64,000 nt of DNA from a virus (taxonomy: Duplodnaviria; Caudoviricetes). This document shows positions 47,369-57,705 of this stretch, piece by piece. Location of the stretch: the IMG/VR virus record IMGVR_UViG_3300037313_001148, positions 26,670 to 90,669 of that record. One strand, given 5' to 3'. Every line of letters begins with the position of its first letter. Position 1 is the stretch's first letter. The notes beneath the pieces were generated by a model, which saw only the letters and a program-made list of their open reading frames with translations, was not told the origin of the DNA and searched no databases. A program made the position numbers and the translations under genes.

Positions 47369-48964
47369 ATGGGCAACATCATTTCTGCCGTCCAAGTCCA
47401 ATCACGGCTTCGGCTCTGTCTCGAGGCACTAGAAAAACGAGGAAAGACTTTCACGTCCCTGGCGATTGCAACCGGGATGATTCGTCGGCTGGAAGAAAAG
47501 GGCGGGATCGCCCGCAACGGGAAGATTTGCGTGGTTGACTCAGAGCAAATGTCCTCAACGAAGTACGCCAAGCGAATTCAGGACGATCGCAATAACAAAT
47601 TCATGTTTGACCTGTACCCTCTTAAAGACTATTCGCCAGAAGGGTATATCGCAGCTTTCCGGGAAGTCGATCAAGCAAATTACGAAATCATGATCGCTGA
47701 CCAGATTTCGCACGAATGGAACGCGATCATGGAAGACCACGCCAAACAAACGCTTGAGAAGGGTTCGCAATACTCTTTCCCCCTCTGGGGTCCAATCAAG
47801 CTTCGGCACCGCGCGTTCCTCGAAGGATACCTCAAGTCTCGCTGTCATGTCATTGCGTGTATGCGTCTTAAGTCCAAGCATCGCATGGACAAAGCGACCA
47901 AAGAGGTTGTAAAGCTCGGTACTCGCCCTATTCAGCAAGAGGAAACGCCATATGAATTTGATGGCGTTGGACGCCTCGAAATCGACCAGGCAACAAATCA
48001 ACATATCCTCAAGATCGGCCCGACCCGGTTTGAGGAGATCTCGCACAAGGTTTTTGTCAATCCCGGCCAGGAACTCGGCGCGATCCTGGCCGACCTGATG
48101 ATGGACGGTGAATCCGCGCTTGCGGCGCCGATGCCCGAGCTTGACGCCGAACTTGTCAAGACGATTCACAAGTATCTAGATATCCTCGATATTTCAGACG
48201 ATGATTTCCAGGCTGCCACTCTATCCATGCGGGGCGTGGCGCGGATTGAAGACCTTTCGGAGCATGCGGCCCGCGAAATCATCAACGGAATGCGATCCGA
48301 AGCGGCAGCACAAGACCGGCTCAAGAAGCAGCAGTCAAAGCGGGCAAGTGTTCAAACATCGGCTGCCTCGTCTGAACCGCCATCCGGATCCGAGGCAGAC
48401 ACGATCTCGTCAGGCCCCAACACTCCTCCTTCTCCGTCGTCCCCCGTGGCGGCGCAGCCGCCACCGTTGCCAAAGAACATGCAGCCGCAAGTCCTCACTC
48501 CCGATCAGATGAAGGATGAGCTTTTCGGGTCTGACGACGAACCGCCGTCGCCTCTCCGGTACGCGACCCGAGAAGGCCGGATCGCGGCAATCAAGGAAAA
48601 CCGCGAAGCCTCAATTGAGTACGCTAAAGACCTTGCCGAAGGCCTTGGTTACGGGGCTGATGAATGGTACACTCACGCGGATTTCGCGGCAAAATCTTCT
48701 GATGTCGCCGATGCGACAATCGAAGATTTTGAATTGATGATTGCTCAACTCCTGGATTTGACCGCCAAGAAAAACCAGGATCCCGAAAACTGGGATCTCG
48801 AGCACGCGCTTCTAGTTATGTTCGGTTTGACTCATAACACAAAGGAGGACTCTGAACCCGAGCCGTCCATCTCTCCTGGTCCGGCTCGTCCGACGAAAAA
48901 ATCGATCGCCGAGAAGGCTAAGGCGGCTTCGCCAAAGAAGTCTGCCACCACAAAAAAGCGTTGA
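47369..48964 (+). CDS. AAA_24/Sak4-like ATPase with long C-terminal extension
   Basis: RGKTFTSL Walker A; IADQISHEW; GTRPIQQEETPYEFD. Confidence 0.8.
   Translation: MGNIISAVQVQSRLRLCLEALEKRGKTFTSLAIATGMIRRLEEKGGIARNGKICVVDSEQMSSTKYAKRIQDDRNNKFMFDLYPLKDYSPEGYIAAFREVDQANYEIMIADQISHEWNAIMEDHAKQTLEKGSQYSFPLWGPIKLRHRAFLEGYLKSRCHVIACMRLKSKHRMDKATKEVVKLGTRPIQQEETPYEFDGVGRLEIDQATNQHILKIGPTRFEEISHKVFVNPGQELGAILADLMMDGESALAAPMPELDAELVKTIHKYLDILDISDDDFQAATLSMRGVARIEDLSEHAAREIINGMRSEAAAQDRLKKQQSKRASVQTSAASSEPPSGSEADTISSGPNTPPSPSSPVAAQPPPLPKNMQPQVLTPDQMKDELFGSDDEPPSPLRYATREGRIAAIKENREASIEYAKDLAEGLGYGADEWYTHADFAAKSSDVADATIEDFELMIAQLLDLTAKKNQDPENWDLEHALLVMFGLTHNTKEDSEPEPSISPGPARPTKKSIAEKAKAASPKKSATTKKR
48418..48464 (+). 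repeat. hairpin element copy 9
   Basis: caacactcctccttctccgtcgtccccc followed by gtggcggc-GCA-gccgccac. Confidence 0.9.
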
Positions 48965-49001
48965 TTTCATTTGATTTGATTTTGATTTGAGGAACCGAAA
49001 A

Positions 49002-49823
49002 ATGTCTGACGTTCCGTTTGATGATGAAAACGAATTCGATGATTACGAACTCGGATCGGGCGTTGCCGATGGCAAGACGACGGCCGAGATCGTCAAGGAG
49101 AACAGTTTTCCGCCGATTCCCAAAGGTCGCAACGACTTCTTCGTGAAAAAGATCGCCCTGAAGCGCGATCCGGACAAGGGGAATGCGATTACGCTGACTC
49201 GCTACCCGGCCTGGATTGCGGCGGATGAAGGCGGCGAGGCGACGATTCAACGTGCGATTACGTGCAAGGATCTCATCGTCACATGGGCGATGGTTGATGA
49301 TGATCGTCTCGCGCTGAATCAGTATCTTCGCGCGGTCCCTGATGATGTGGATGAGGCGGAAATTTTCGCGATCTCGGCCCGTAAGGAAAAGGGCAAGATC
49401 GGGATGGACTACGACATGCTCAGGCACGTCGTAGGCGCTCTCGGTTTTGAGATCGTGGACGGTTCGATTCCGGTGGAAGCTCAGCGTCTCGGGAATTGGA
49501 AGGCATGGGACGATGGCTCGCCGCGTATCGTCTCGCTTGACATCACCGAGCAACGGGACCAGGCCAAAAAGCCGGTGTTGTCCCCTAACGGACAGCCGTA
49601 TATGCAAATCAAGTTCTTCTCTCATCAAATGAGCGAAGACACCAAGGAACGGCTCGGTCTGTCCGAAGAAACTCAGTTGGACGTTGAACCGCCCCCGCCT
49701 CCGGCTCCGACTCCTGCTCGCCAGGCCCCGTCCAAGTCGGCCCAACCGTCCAAGCCGGCTCCGGCGGCAAGCAAGGCAACGTCTCCGTCTCAGTCGGCTG
49801 CGAATAAAAAGCGGGCGTTCTGA
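49002..49823 (+). CDS. putative single-stranded DNA-binding protein
   Basis: Follows the Sak4-like ATPase; GAGG SD; acidic N-terminus and Pro/Ala tail. Confidence 0.45.
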   Translation: MSDVPFDDENEFDDYELGSGVADGKTTAEIVKENSFPPIPKGRNDFFVKKIALKRDPDKGNAITLTRYPAWIAADEGGEATIQRAITCKDLIVTWAMVDDDRLALNQYLRAVPDDVDEAEIFAISARKEKGKIGMDYDMLRHVVGALGFEIVDGSIPVEAQRLGNWKAWDDGSPRIVSLDITEQRDQAKKPVLSPNGQPYMQIKFFSHQMSEDTKERLGLSEETQLDVEPPPPPAPTPARQAPSKSAQPSKPAPAASKATSPSQSAANKKRAF

Positions 49824-49845
49824 GTCCAGGCCAATCCGTTTCACA

Positions 49846-49874
49846 CAGAGGCGGGAGGATTTCTCCCGCCTCTG
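49846..49874 (+). terminator. hairpin after the SSB-like gene
   Basis: cagaggcgggag-gattt-ctcccgcctctg. Confidence 0.6.
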
Positions 49875-49897
49875 GTCCGCTACGCCTAGAGGTTTCT

Positions 49898-52300
49898 ATG
49901 CGACAGACGAAATTATCATTTAGTAGTGAGAATAAATTAGAATCTATTGAAATCTTTCTTAGAAAGATACGGTCACATTCTGTTTCATCGTGGTCCAAGT
50001 CTGGCGTGCCCTACTTGATTGGCACTGGGATGAAAACGGACGCCACGGGTGATATTGTGGTCGTCGGCGAGATGTACAAGCCGATCATTGGTGAACGGTA
50101 CACGCTTTATGGAAACTGGGAAAAGCACGAGAAATTCGGGCCTCAATTCAAATTCGTGTCATTCAAAATCGAACATACATTGACTCGTCAAGGAGTGATT
50201 GATTGGCTGTCTCGATATGTTCCGAGCATTGGCAAGGTTCGTGCCGCTCAAGTCGTTGATTACTTTGGTCCTGAAGAAACAATCACGGAACTTCGCAAGG
50301 ATCCGGAAAGGATCCTGGAAATCGATGGGATCGGGCGAATTACGGCCGAAGAAGTTCGCGAACACTTCGACAAAAACGAATGCGACGTTGACCCGATCGC
50401 CTATGCCTCGATTTTCGCCCTGTTTGACGGATTCCAAACCTCTCGCCGGATCGTCCTGGATATTCTCCGCGACTTCGGGACCAGTGCTCTTCAAGTTATT
50501 AGGGAAAATCCATATTTATTGATGAATTATTCCGGTCTAGGCTGGAAGACGGTTGACACGATTGCAGTTAAAAAACTCAAATATCCTCATGACGGAATGT
50601 TTCGAGAAAAAGCGGCAATCCTTGAAATGCTGACATTAAAGGCATCCGAAGGGGATACCTGCACGTCCCAGATTGATCTTGAGTGCCGGTGTTCCCAGGT
50701 TCTCAAAGTCAATTTTTCTCAATCTGCAATCGACGAACTCATTGATGAAGGAAAGATCAAGAGCGTTACCGAGCCGGGATGGAAGGGAAAGCCTCAGAAC
50801 GTCTACGCCCTGGCTCATCTCTTTGACGCGGAACAGGAGATTGCTTTTCGCCTTCGGTCGCTCACGGATTTTTCAGGACAAGAAATTATCATCGACTCAG
50901 AAGGACTTGAAGAGGAACAGGTTGAAGCGGCTGAGTTTATTGGCAGGAATCCGGTATGTTGTTTGGTCGGTCCTCCTGGAACGGGAAAAACTGTAACCAG
51001 TATGAAAGCAATTAAAACATTTGATTGCAATCTCATGTCTCAACACATTGCCTGTCCAACCGGAAAAGCTGCCAAGAGGGCACAGGAAGTTCTTAGCCAG
51101 TGGATCCCTGGAAACGAAATCCCGGTAACAACAATTCATCGTGCCTTGGCTCCGATTCCCGACCGTGGGGATATTGGGGTTCCTGAAGACCATGCCAAAT
51201 TCAACCGGGGACGCGACCAATTCGCTTTCACAAAAAACGAGGATAACCCTCTCGAGTCGCAGGTTATCACGATCGACGAATCGTCAATGATAGACGTTCC
51301 GCTCGCCCTGGACCTTCTCAGGGCCGTCCAGGACGGTAGCCGACTCCTGTTCGTGGGGGACGAGAATCAACTTCCCTCGGTTGGCCCTGGTTCTGTGCTC
51401 CGTGATATGATTGACGCCGGAATCCCGACATTCCGACTCACGAAGCCGCGCCGCAATTCCGGCCGCATCGTGACAGCGTGTCACGCGATTTATCACGGGG
51501 AACTTCCCTTGCCTTCCGAGGACTTCAACCTCGAGACTGGGGAAAACTGGCTTCACATTGAGGAAAGCGACCCGCACAAGATCGCTCAAATTATTGTCGA
51601 TATCCACGACAATACAACCCGAGATAAGATGTGGGATCTTCAAGTTATCTCGCCTCAGAACGACTCCGACATGGCGATTGCGTGCGAGAACCTGAATCAG
51701 CTTCTCTCTCGCAAGCTCAACCCGCTCCGCGCTAAGTGGGCCGGGCACAACGAAGAGCGGGTCAAAGGAAAATTTGGGCCTGGAGATAAGGTTGTCCGTC
51801 GCAAAAACGGGTTCGTTGAACTGATGACTCCCGTAGACAACGCCTCATATTCATTCGATGAATCGGATGAAAAAACATTCACATGGAGAGATCGAGACTA
51901 TTTTTTAAACAAAATCCACATCGTCAATGGAGATATCGGCCATATTCTCGATATGAACGAAGGGAAAGGCGGCTACATCATCGTTCATTTCAAGAATCCT
52001 GACCGGCTCTGCAAGCTCTCGATGGCCGAATCCCATCTCCAACTGGCGTACTGCATTACATGCCATATCGCGCAAGGATCAGGCTATCCAGTAGTCATAT
52101 TCCCGCTTCACGATTCGTTTTACTGGAGAGACGGGTCGGGCCTATGGAACAGAGAGCTAGTCTACACGATGTTTTCCCGAGTCATTGACGCGGGAATCAC
52201 CGTGGGGAACCTATCGGCACTCAAAACGGCGATCAGCCGCAAGACGGTCAACAAGCGGCGAACCCTTCTGGCCCGATTCCTGAAAGGTGCAACAAAGTGA
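49898..52300 (+). CDS. recD2: RecD2-like SF1B helicase
   Basis: GPPGTGKT, PTGKAAKR, IDESSM, VGDENQLPSVGPG, YCITCHIAQGS; N-terminal HhH region. Confidence 0.92.
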   Translation: MRQTKLSFSSENKLESIEIFLRKIRSHSVSSWSKSGVPYLIGTGMKTDATGDIVVVGEMYKPIIGERYTLYGNWEKHEKFGPQFKFVSFKIEHTLTRQGVIDWLSRYVPSIGKVRAAQVVDYFGPEETITELRKDPERILEIDGIGRITAEEVREHFDKNECDVDPIAYASIFALFDGFQTSRRIVLDILRDFGTSALQVIRENPYLLMNYSGLGWKTVDTIAVKKLKYPHDGMFREKAAILEMLTLKASEGDTCTSQIDLECRCSQVLKVNFSQSAIDELIDEGKIKSVTEPGWKGKPQNVYALAHLFDAEQEIAFRLRSLTDFSGQEIIIDSEGLEEEQVEAAEFIGRNPVCCLVGPPGTGKTVTSMKAIKTFDCNLMSQHIACPTGKAAKRAQEVLSQWIPGNEIPVTTIHRALAPIPDRGDIGVPEDHAKFNRGRDQFAFTKNEDNPLESQVITIDESSMIDVPLALDLLRAVQDGSRLLFVGDENQLPSVGPGSVLRDMIDAGIPTFRLTKPRRNSGRIVTACHAIYHGELPLPSEDFNLETGENWLHIEESDPHKIAQIIVDIHDNTTRDKMWDLQVISPQNDSDMAIACENLNQLLSRKLNPLRAKWAGHNEERVKGKFGPGDKVVRRKNGFVELMTPVDNASYSFDESDEKTFTWRDRDYFLNKIHIVNGDIGHILDMNEGKGGYIIVHFKNPDRLCKLSMAESHLQLAYCITCHIAQGSGYPVVIFPLHDSFYWRDGSGLWNRELVYTMFSRVIDAGITVGNLSALKTAISRKTVNKRRTLLARFLKGATK

Positions 52301-53136
52301 AATACTCGTCAAAGAAAATTCATTCGTTTGGCAAAGTGTTTGGTGGTAAGAATAGATATTCCCGCCAGTACATCAGTCTTTTCCCTGCCGTCGATCGATA
52401 CCCGACCTACGTTGAACCGTTTGCGGGCGGTGCTGGAATCCTGATGAACAAGGAAAGGTCGGGTTCCGAGATTATCTCTGACATTGACCCAATGATTTAC
52501 AATGTCCTGAAATGTCTAAAAGAAAAAGGGAGTCATATTATCAATGTGATTGAAAATAAATATTATGACTATTCTATGGAATCGTTTAAAAGTGCCAAGC
52601 TTGCTCTGGAATGTCTACCGAAAATAAACTCGTTCAATCGGGTCGAGTATGCCGCCGCGTACATCGCGGCCAACCGAATGAGTCGGTCGGGCCTGTTCAG
52701 GGATTTCGCCGAGTCGAACCGGCTTCGCGGTGGCCAGATGGGCGATAAGAACGCATGGGAAAATTACATCAACAGAGAAATCCATCTTACAATTGAGAGA
52801 CTCCAATGGGTTAAGATTCTAAACGAATGTGCATTCGTTACGATCGAAGAACTTTCAAACAAATCAACACTCTTTTACCTTGATCCACCTTATATGCACG
52901 AAACCCGCGTCACGAAAAGCGCGTACACTCACGAATTCTCCGACGAGGATCATTTCCGTCTTCTGAAACTCATCACGCGGGTTCCTGGCAAATTATTTAT
53001 CTCTGGATACGACACGGAGCTTTACCGACTCCTACTTAAAGGCTGGACGGTCCATTCCTTCAATCGTCCCTCAGACTCAGGACAAACCAAGGTGAAGGCC
53101 CGACGAAAGGAGCTTGTATGGGAATCTCCGGATTAA
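52297..53136 (+). CDS. dam: DNA adenine methyltransferase (Dam/D12 class)
   Basis: YVEPFAGGA, FYLDPPY. Confidence 0.92.
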   Translation: MKYSSKKIHSFGKVFGGKNRYSRQYISLFPAVDRYPTYVEPFAGGAGILMNKERSGSEIISDIDPMIYNVLKCLKEKGSHIINVIENKYYDYSMESFKSAKLALECLPKINSFNRVEYAAAYIAANRMSRSGLFRDFAESNRLRGGQMGDKNAWENYINREIHLTIERLQWVKILNECAFVTIEELSNKSTLFYLDPPYMHETRVTKSAYTHEFSDEDHFRLLKLITRVPGKLFISGYDTELYRLLLKGWTVHSFNRPSDSGQTKVKARRKELVWESPD

Positions 53137-53432
53137 AATACACTCTCTTATTGGTCCATAAAACCAAACTTGGGCACGAAATCGGCTTGCTGTCAACCGG
53201 ATACAAGGTCCATCGCGGCTGGGGAATGGATAAACCCTGGCTTCTCAAGTTTGACACCAGAGAACAGGCCGAACGTGAAGCCAAGGCGATCAACGAGGGT
53301 CGGAGAAATCAGGCTGTACACGTCAGCAAAGAATACCGAGCCTACGTCACGGAGTTTATCAATGGCGCGAAAAAAGACCGCTCCCCCCGAAAAGCCAACT
53401 CACATCAACTGCCCCTTTTCTATCATCGTTGA
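53118..53432 (+). CDS. hypothetical protein
   Basis: GGAG SD; overlaps both neighbours. Confidence 0.45.
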   Translation: MGISGLKYTLLLVHKTKLGHEIGLLSTGYKVHRGWGMDKPWLLKFDTREQAEREAKAINEGRRNQAVHVSKEYRAYVTEFINGAKKDRSPRKANSHQLPLFYHR

Positions 53433-54174
53433 TACTCAAGAGAAAAAATTCCACAGATACACATTTTCTGATATCAAGTCCAATGCTGACAATGGACACC
53501 TGCCGTTCAAGGTGGATATTGTCAGTAAATGGCTTGACCGGCTCGGGGATTACTCTCTGATCCTGCCCCCGCCATACGACAACGGACCCAAGCCGCGATG
53601 CATTGTCGAGCGGAAGTCCAAGGAGGACTTTTTCGGTTCAATGGCCAAGCGCGATAATTGGGAGGAACGGCTAGCCCGCATGTGCGAGGAAGTGGAATGC
53701 CCGGCCGTCATTGTCGAATCAGAATGGTCCGATATCTTTGACGTTCCGGCTGCCTATTCCCACATGAACCCCACCACTATGCACCGAACCGTCCAGTCAT
53801 GGACAATCGAATATGCAAAGGTGCATTGGTTCTTCTATCCTGGCCGCGAAGCCGCCGAGATTGCAACGTTCTGGTATCTCTATCGATTCTATGAGAAGGT
53901 TAAGAAATTTGAAACCGACAAGCTTCGCCAGTTAACCAACTATGAAGCCTACTTCGACGGCCTGAAGGCAAATCGAATGGGCGTTCCTGTAGACGAGAAC
54001 CCGCATCCCCGGACCCGTACTATCGGCGACCTAGCCGACTTCTGGAGTCGCGGTTGGATTGACGCCCAAGATATCCATTCAGCCAAGAACAAGGGCAACC
54101 GGAAATGCTCAGAGCCGCCTACTTTTCCGGATATCGTGTTCAGCCGAGACTACGCAAGGGAGAATGGAAAATGA
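53362..54174 (+). CDS. ERCC4/XPF-type nuclease (candidate resolvase)
   Basis: IIVDTQE...GDYS...VERKS..DF. Confidence 0.85.
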   Translation: MARKKTAPPEKPTHINCPFSIIVDTQEKKFHRYTFSDIKSNADNGHLPFKVDIVSKWLDRLGDYSLILPPPYDNGPKPRCIVERKSKEDFFGSMAKRDNWEERLARMCEEVECPAVIVESEWSDIFDVPAAYSHMNPTTMHRTVQSWTIEYAKVHWFFYPGREAAEIATFWYLYRFYEKVKKFETDKLRQLTNYEAYFDGLKANRMGVPVDENPHPRTRTIGDLADFWSRGWIDAQDIHSAKNKGNRKCSEPPTFPDIVFSRDYARENGK

Positions 54175-54440
54175 AACGCAAAAAGAATCGAATTATCAAG
54201 AAAATTCCATCACAGCTATTCTTTTATATCTTCGGATTTCTATTTCGAGAAAAAATCGAAAGGGACGATCAGTGCCCTTGGTGTTCCTATTCCGATTTCG
54301 ATCCTGGACATGGAGAATTCTATTGCGTCGAAGATTCCGGAACCTCGTTCAATGGAGACTATATGGTTTGGTGGTGCCAGGGAACGCAGACCTGTCCAAG
54401 ATGCCTTCACGAATTCACATATGACATGACGAGCGATTAA
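54171..54440 (+). CDS. Zn-finger protein
   Basis: CPWC...CPRC. Confidence 0.6.
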   Translation: MKRKKNRIIKKIPSQLFFYIFGFLFREKIERDDQCPWCSYSDFDPGHGEFYCVEDSGTSFNGDYMVWWCQGTQTCPRCLHEFTYDMTSD

Positions 54441-54442
54441 CC

Positions 54443-54664
54443 ATGAACATTGATGGCGACAGCCTGAACTCCGAAAACGATGGCGACCTGAATTACCTCA
54501 GAAGCCTTCCAATTCCTGATGAGGACCAGGACGGCCCGGAATACGATCCCAACTTTGACCAGGAGCCTCAGCGATGCCATTATTGCGGAAAAGAACTTGA
54601 AAACTTCGATGACACTGGATGTGAGCACTGCGATTCGCGTCATCCCGGTTTCGGACTCAGGTAA
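54443..54664 (+). CDS. acidic Zn-finger protein
   Basis: CHYC...CEHC. Confidence 0.6.
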   Translation: MNIDGDSLNSENDGDLNYLRSLPIPDEDQDGPEYDPNFDQEPQRCHYCGKELENFDDTGCEHCDSRHPGFGLR

Positions 54665-55392
54665 TGCACAGACTCAACGAAGAACATTTCAACAGATTCA
54701 TTGATTTCATTTACGATCCTTCGATCGGTTGCCTGGAGTTTGTGGCCTGGAAAGCCGATATCAGCCGATCCAACTTCATCGAGCCGGCTACACGATACCC
54801 CAAGACAATCGGCTCGTGGTACGATCGTCTCGATTCCCTCCGATGCGATATCAGCCGGCTCAATGGCGTCTCCGGTTACATCTGCGTCAACCCAGTCAAC
54901 CCGGATCTCCTGGCCCGGTCCCGTAACCAGGCCGCTCCGATCCGAAAAGGCCAGGGAACCAAGGAATCCGACATAGTTTCGTATCGCCATTTTCTAATCG
55001 ACATCGACACGGAACGCCGATCGGGAATCTCAGCCACCGACATTGAACTTAAACGCGCCTATAACCTTCGCGATTTGATCCTCGAGAGAGAGGAGCGGAT
55101 CCGCCAGGGGTCAATCTGGGGCTGTTCCGGGAACGGCTGCTACATCCTCGGCCGCATCGAAGAACCAAACGCCAGGGTCACGAAAGATATCGTCCAGAAC
55201 ACCCTCCGATCCCTGGCCTACACCTACGGCAAGCAAGGCCGTAACAAAGCCTTTATCGACACTCAAACCGTTGAGTCCAACCGGCACCTGGGAATCCCCG
55301 GAACCCTCAAATGTAAAGGTGCTCATACCGATGAACGTCCGCACCGCCTCATTACCGTAGACGGATGGGGCAACAACACCGGAATCTCCTGA
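54664..55392 (+). CDS. stand-alone AEP primase catalytic domain (RepB'-like)
   Basis: YICVNP, FLIDID (motif I), SGNG (motif II), NRHLGIPGTLKCK (R..R.PG-type motif III). Confidence 0.75.
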   Translation: MHRLNEEHFNRFIDFIYDPSIGCLEFVAWKADISRSNFIEPATRYPKTIGSWYDRLDSLRCDISRLNGVSGYICVNPVNPDLLARSRNQAAPIRKGQGTKESDIVSYRHFLIDIDTERRSGISATDIELKRAYNLRDLILEREERIRQGSIWGCSGNGCYILGRIEEPNARVTKDIVQNTLRSLAYTYGKQGRNKAFIDTQTVESNRHLGIPGTLKCKGAHTDERPHRLITVDGWGNNTGIS

Positions 55393-55479
55393 AGCCTCCC
55401 TAGACCCCGCTCGCTCCTCTGTGCGACAATCAAAATTTGCGACGACGCATCCCCTGCCCCATCGACGGGAATCATCAAA

Positions 55480-57705
55480 ATGTCCATCGATCTATATGCC
55501 TGGCTCAAGGACAATCCGCCCCCGCCCAAGTCCGACCAGCCGCCCGCTCGGGTGCCGGCTGCGCCGGCACGGGGACAGCGGAGGGAGGGCAAGGTTGGTG
55601 ATCTACAACCAAACGACCACGCGGACTCCAATTGCGGCCCCGGATCCGGTCCTACTGCCGGCCAAGAATCAGAGATTGACTGGACCATTTCATGTGCAAG
55701 AAATTATATCTCGAAGAAAGGGCCGGCGATTTCCGGTCAAGGGGGCCGCAAGCACACATTCGCGGTCGCTACGTCGCTCTGTATCGGGTTTGACTTGGAA
55801 GTCGGCGAGGCACTTCCCCTGTTCATTGAGTGGAATTACGGCTGTCAACCCCCCTGGGAACTGCCCGAGCTTCGCGAAAAGCTTGAAGACGCCCGCCAGC
55901 GAGCCGCCGCCGACCCCAAGCGAGGCAGCCTGAAACTTCCCCGAAAAGACAAATCATGTACATTTACTGATGAAGAGGCTCCGAAGATGCTGCCTCGAGA
56001 TGGCGACGAAGATCCCTATGAAGGGCTTCCTGAAATTATTGTTTCTCATCGCCGTGGAGAAGCTGTTCGAGTTGCGGTTGAGGTTCTTGCTGGACTTGGC
56101 AAAATCTATCAACGTTCCGATATGCTTGTGGAGATCTTGAGAAGCGAGAAAGACAAAGACGACTCCTACGGTCGCAAGCTGTTTTGTCCTGGCGGATCCC
56201 CTCATATATGTGAAGTAAAGAACGCAAAGATTGGTTCGATCCTATCAATCGTTTCCAATATCGTTACATGGAGGAAAGACAAGAACGAGGAATGGATTCT
56301 TTCGCCGGTTCACCCTCCTGATTGGCTGATTTCCGGAGTCGCCGCAGATAAAGAATGGGCCGGAATTCCCAAGATCAACGCTATTGTTGAGTCGCCGGTT
56401 ATCAGACCAGACGGAAGCATCCTCTCTGAGCCTGGATACGATCCGGCAACCAAGGTGCTTTTCGAGCCAAACCTTCCGCCGATCAATGTTCCAGAAACAT
56501 GCACAAAAGAAGATGCAATCGAGTCCCTGGTTAGGCTTGGAGAGCTTGTTGGAGAATTCCCCTTCAAAAACCAGGAGGAGAGCAGCATTCATAAATCAGC
56601 CTGGCTTGCCGCGCTTCTCACTCCATTCGCTCGCCTGGCAATCAATGGGCCATGCCCCCTTTTCCTTTTTGACGCGAATGCGGCAGGTTCAGGAAAATCA
56701 CTCCTATGCGATGTGATTGCGTGCATCTTCACCGGCCGAATCATGCCAAGAACAATTTACACAGACAATGATGAAGAAATGAGGAAGAGAATCACATCTC
56801 TTCTTCTTGTCGGAAAATCGATTGTACTTATGGACAATATTTCTCAGGGGATCATGTTCGGCGGGTCTTCGCTCGACGCCCTTCTTACGGCGATGACATG
56901 GCAAGACAGAATTCTCGGCCGGAATGAAATGACCCGAGAGATCCCAGCCGGAACCGTCTGGTACGCCACCGGAAACAACGTGACAATCCAAGGGGACGCC
57001 CAACGCCGAGTGATTCCCTGTTACCTGGATTGTGACGTTGAGAAGCCCCAAGAAAGGCAATTCAAGTATATGGATTTGATCTCCCATGTGCTTGAAAATA
57101 GACACGTTTACGTAAGAGATTGTCTTGTGATCCTCAAAGCGTTCTTTCAGGCTGGACGACCCGAAGGCGACGTTAAACCATTGGGATCATACGGAGCATG
57201 GTCGAAGACTGTCCGGTCGTGCGTCCTCTGGGTTTCAGGAGAAGACTGCGTCATGGTACAAGACGAGCTTAGAGAGTTTGACAATCATGCAAACCAGAAA
57301 CTTACGTTCATTCGCGGACTATACGAACTCCCTGGAGTCAGGTCAGCAAAAGGTCAAACTGCGGTAGAAATTCTCTCCACCATCAAATCATCGCCTGACA
57401 GTAAGTATGTTCTCCTTAAATGTGCATTTAACGATTACTTTGGAAAGGACTGCGAGAAACCGGGGGACCGAAAGGAATACCCTGATTCCAGAAAGCTCAG
57501 CGGCAAGCTCAGGTCGATGCGGAATTGCGTTGTCGGCGGCTTGAAACTTCTCGGCTCACACAATAAAACGAATGGACTGACCTTGTGGCGAGTCGTTGAA
57601 CTTGACAACCCTGGCAACAGCCAGGAGTTCGACGATAAGCCGGCCGCTCCTTTGGCTCAGGTTCATTTCACCGAAGACGGAGAACCCTATGACGATCCCG
57701 AGTAG
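55480..57705 (+). CDS. primase C-terminal (PriCT) domain + P-loop helicase
   Basis: PAISGQGG..HTF...EWN..CQPPW..EL (PriCT); AGSGKS, VLMDN, ATGNN, RRVI (SF3/VirE-like). Confidence 0.85.
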   Translation: MSIDLYAWLKDNPPPPKSDQPPARVPAAPARGQRREGKVGDLQPNDHADSNCGPGSGPTAGQESEIDWTISCARNYISKKGPAISGQGGRKHTFAVATSLCIGFDLEVGEALPLFIEWNYGCQPPWELPELREKLEDARQRAAADPKRGSLKLPRKDKSCTFTDEEAPKMLPRDGDEDPYEGLPEIIVSHRRGEAVRVAVEVLAGLGKIYQRSDMLVEILRSEKDKDDSYGRKLFCPGGSPHICEVKNAKIGSILSIVSNIVTWRKDKNEEWILSPVHPPDWLISGVAADKEWAGIPKINAIVESPVIRPDGSILSEPGYDPATKVLFEPNLPPINVPETCTKEDAIESLVRLGELVGEFPFKNQEESSIHKSAWLAALLTPFARLAINGPCPLFLFDANAAGSGKSLLCDVIACIFTGRIMPRTIYTDNDEEMRKRITSLLLVGKSIVLMDNISQGIMFGGSSLDALLTAMTWQDRILGRNEMTREIPAGTVWYATGNNVTIQGDAQRRVIPCYLDCDVEKPQERQFKYMDLISHVLENRHVYVRDCLVILKAFFQAGRPEGDVKPLGSYGAWSKTVRSCVLWVSGEDCVMVQDELREFDNHANQKLTFIRGLYELPGVRSAKGQTAVEILSTIKSSPDSKYVLLKCAFNDYFGKDCEKPGDRKEYPDSRKLSGKLRSMRNCVVGGLKLLGSHNKTNGLTLWRVVELDNPGNSQEFDDKPAAPLAQVHFTEDGEPYDDPE
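55552..55598 (-). repeat. hairpin element, minus-strand copy
   Basis: Reverse complement ccaaccttgccctccctccgctgtcccc followed by gtgccggc-GCA-gccggcac. Confidence 0.75.

Noticed and set aside
48961-48990. Short TTGAT(T) tandem repeats before the SSB-like gene
   Set aside because: Low-complexity AT-rich spacer; too short to call iterons
48918-49844. 308-aa minus-strand ORF and similar long antisense ORFs elsewhere
   Set aside because: Shadow frames of well-supported plus-strand genes
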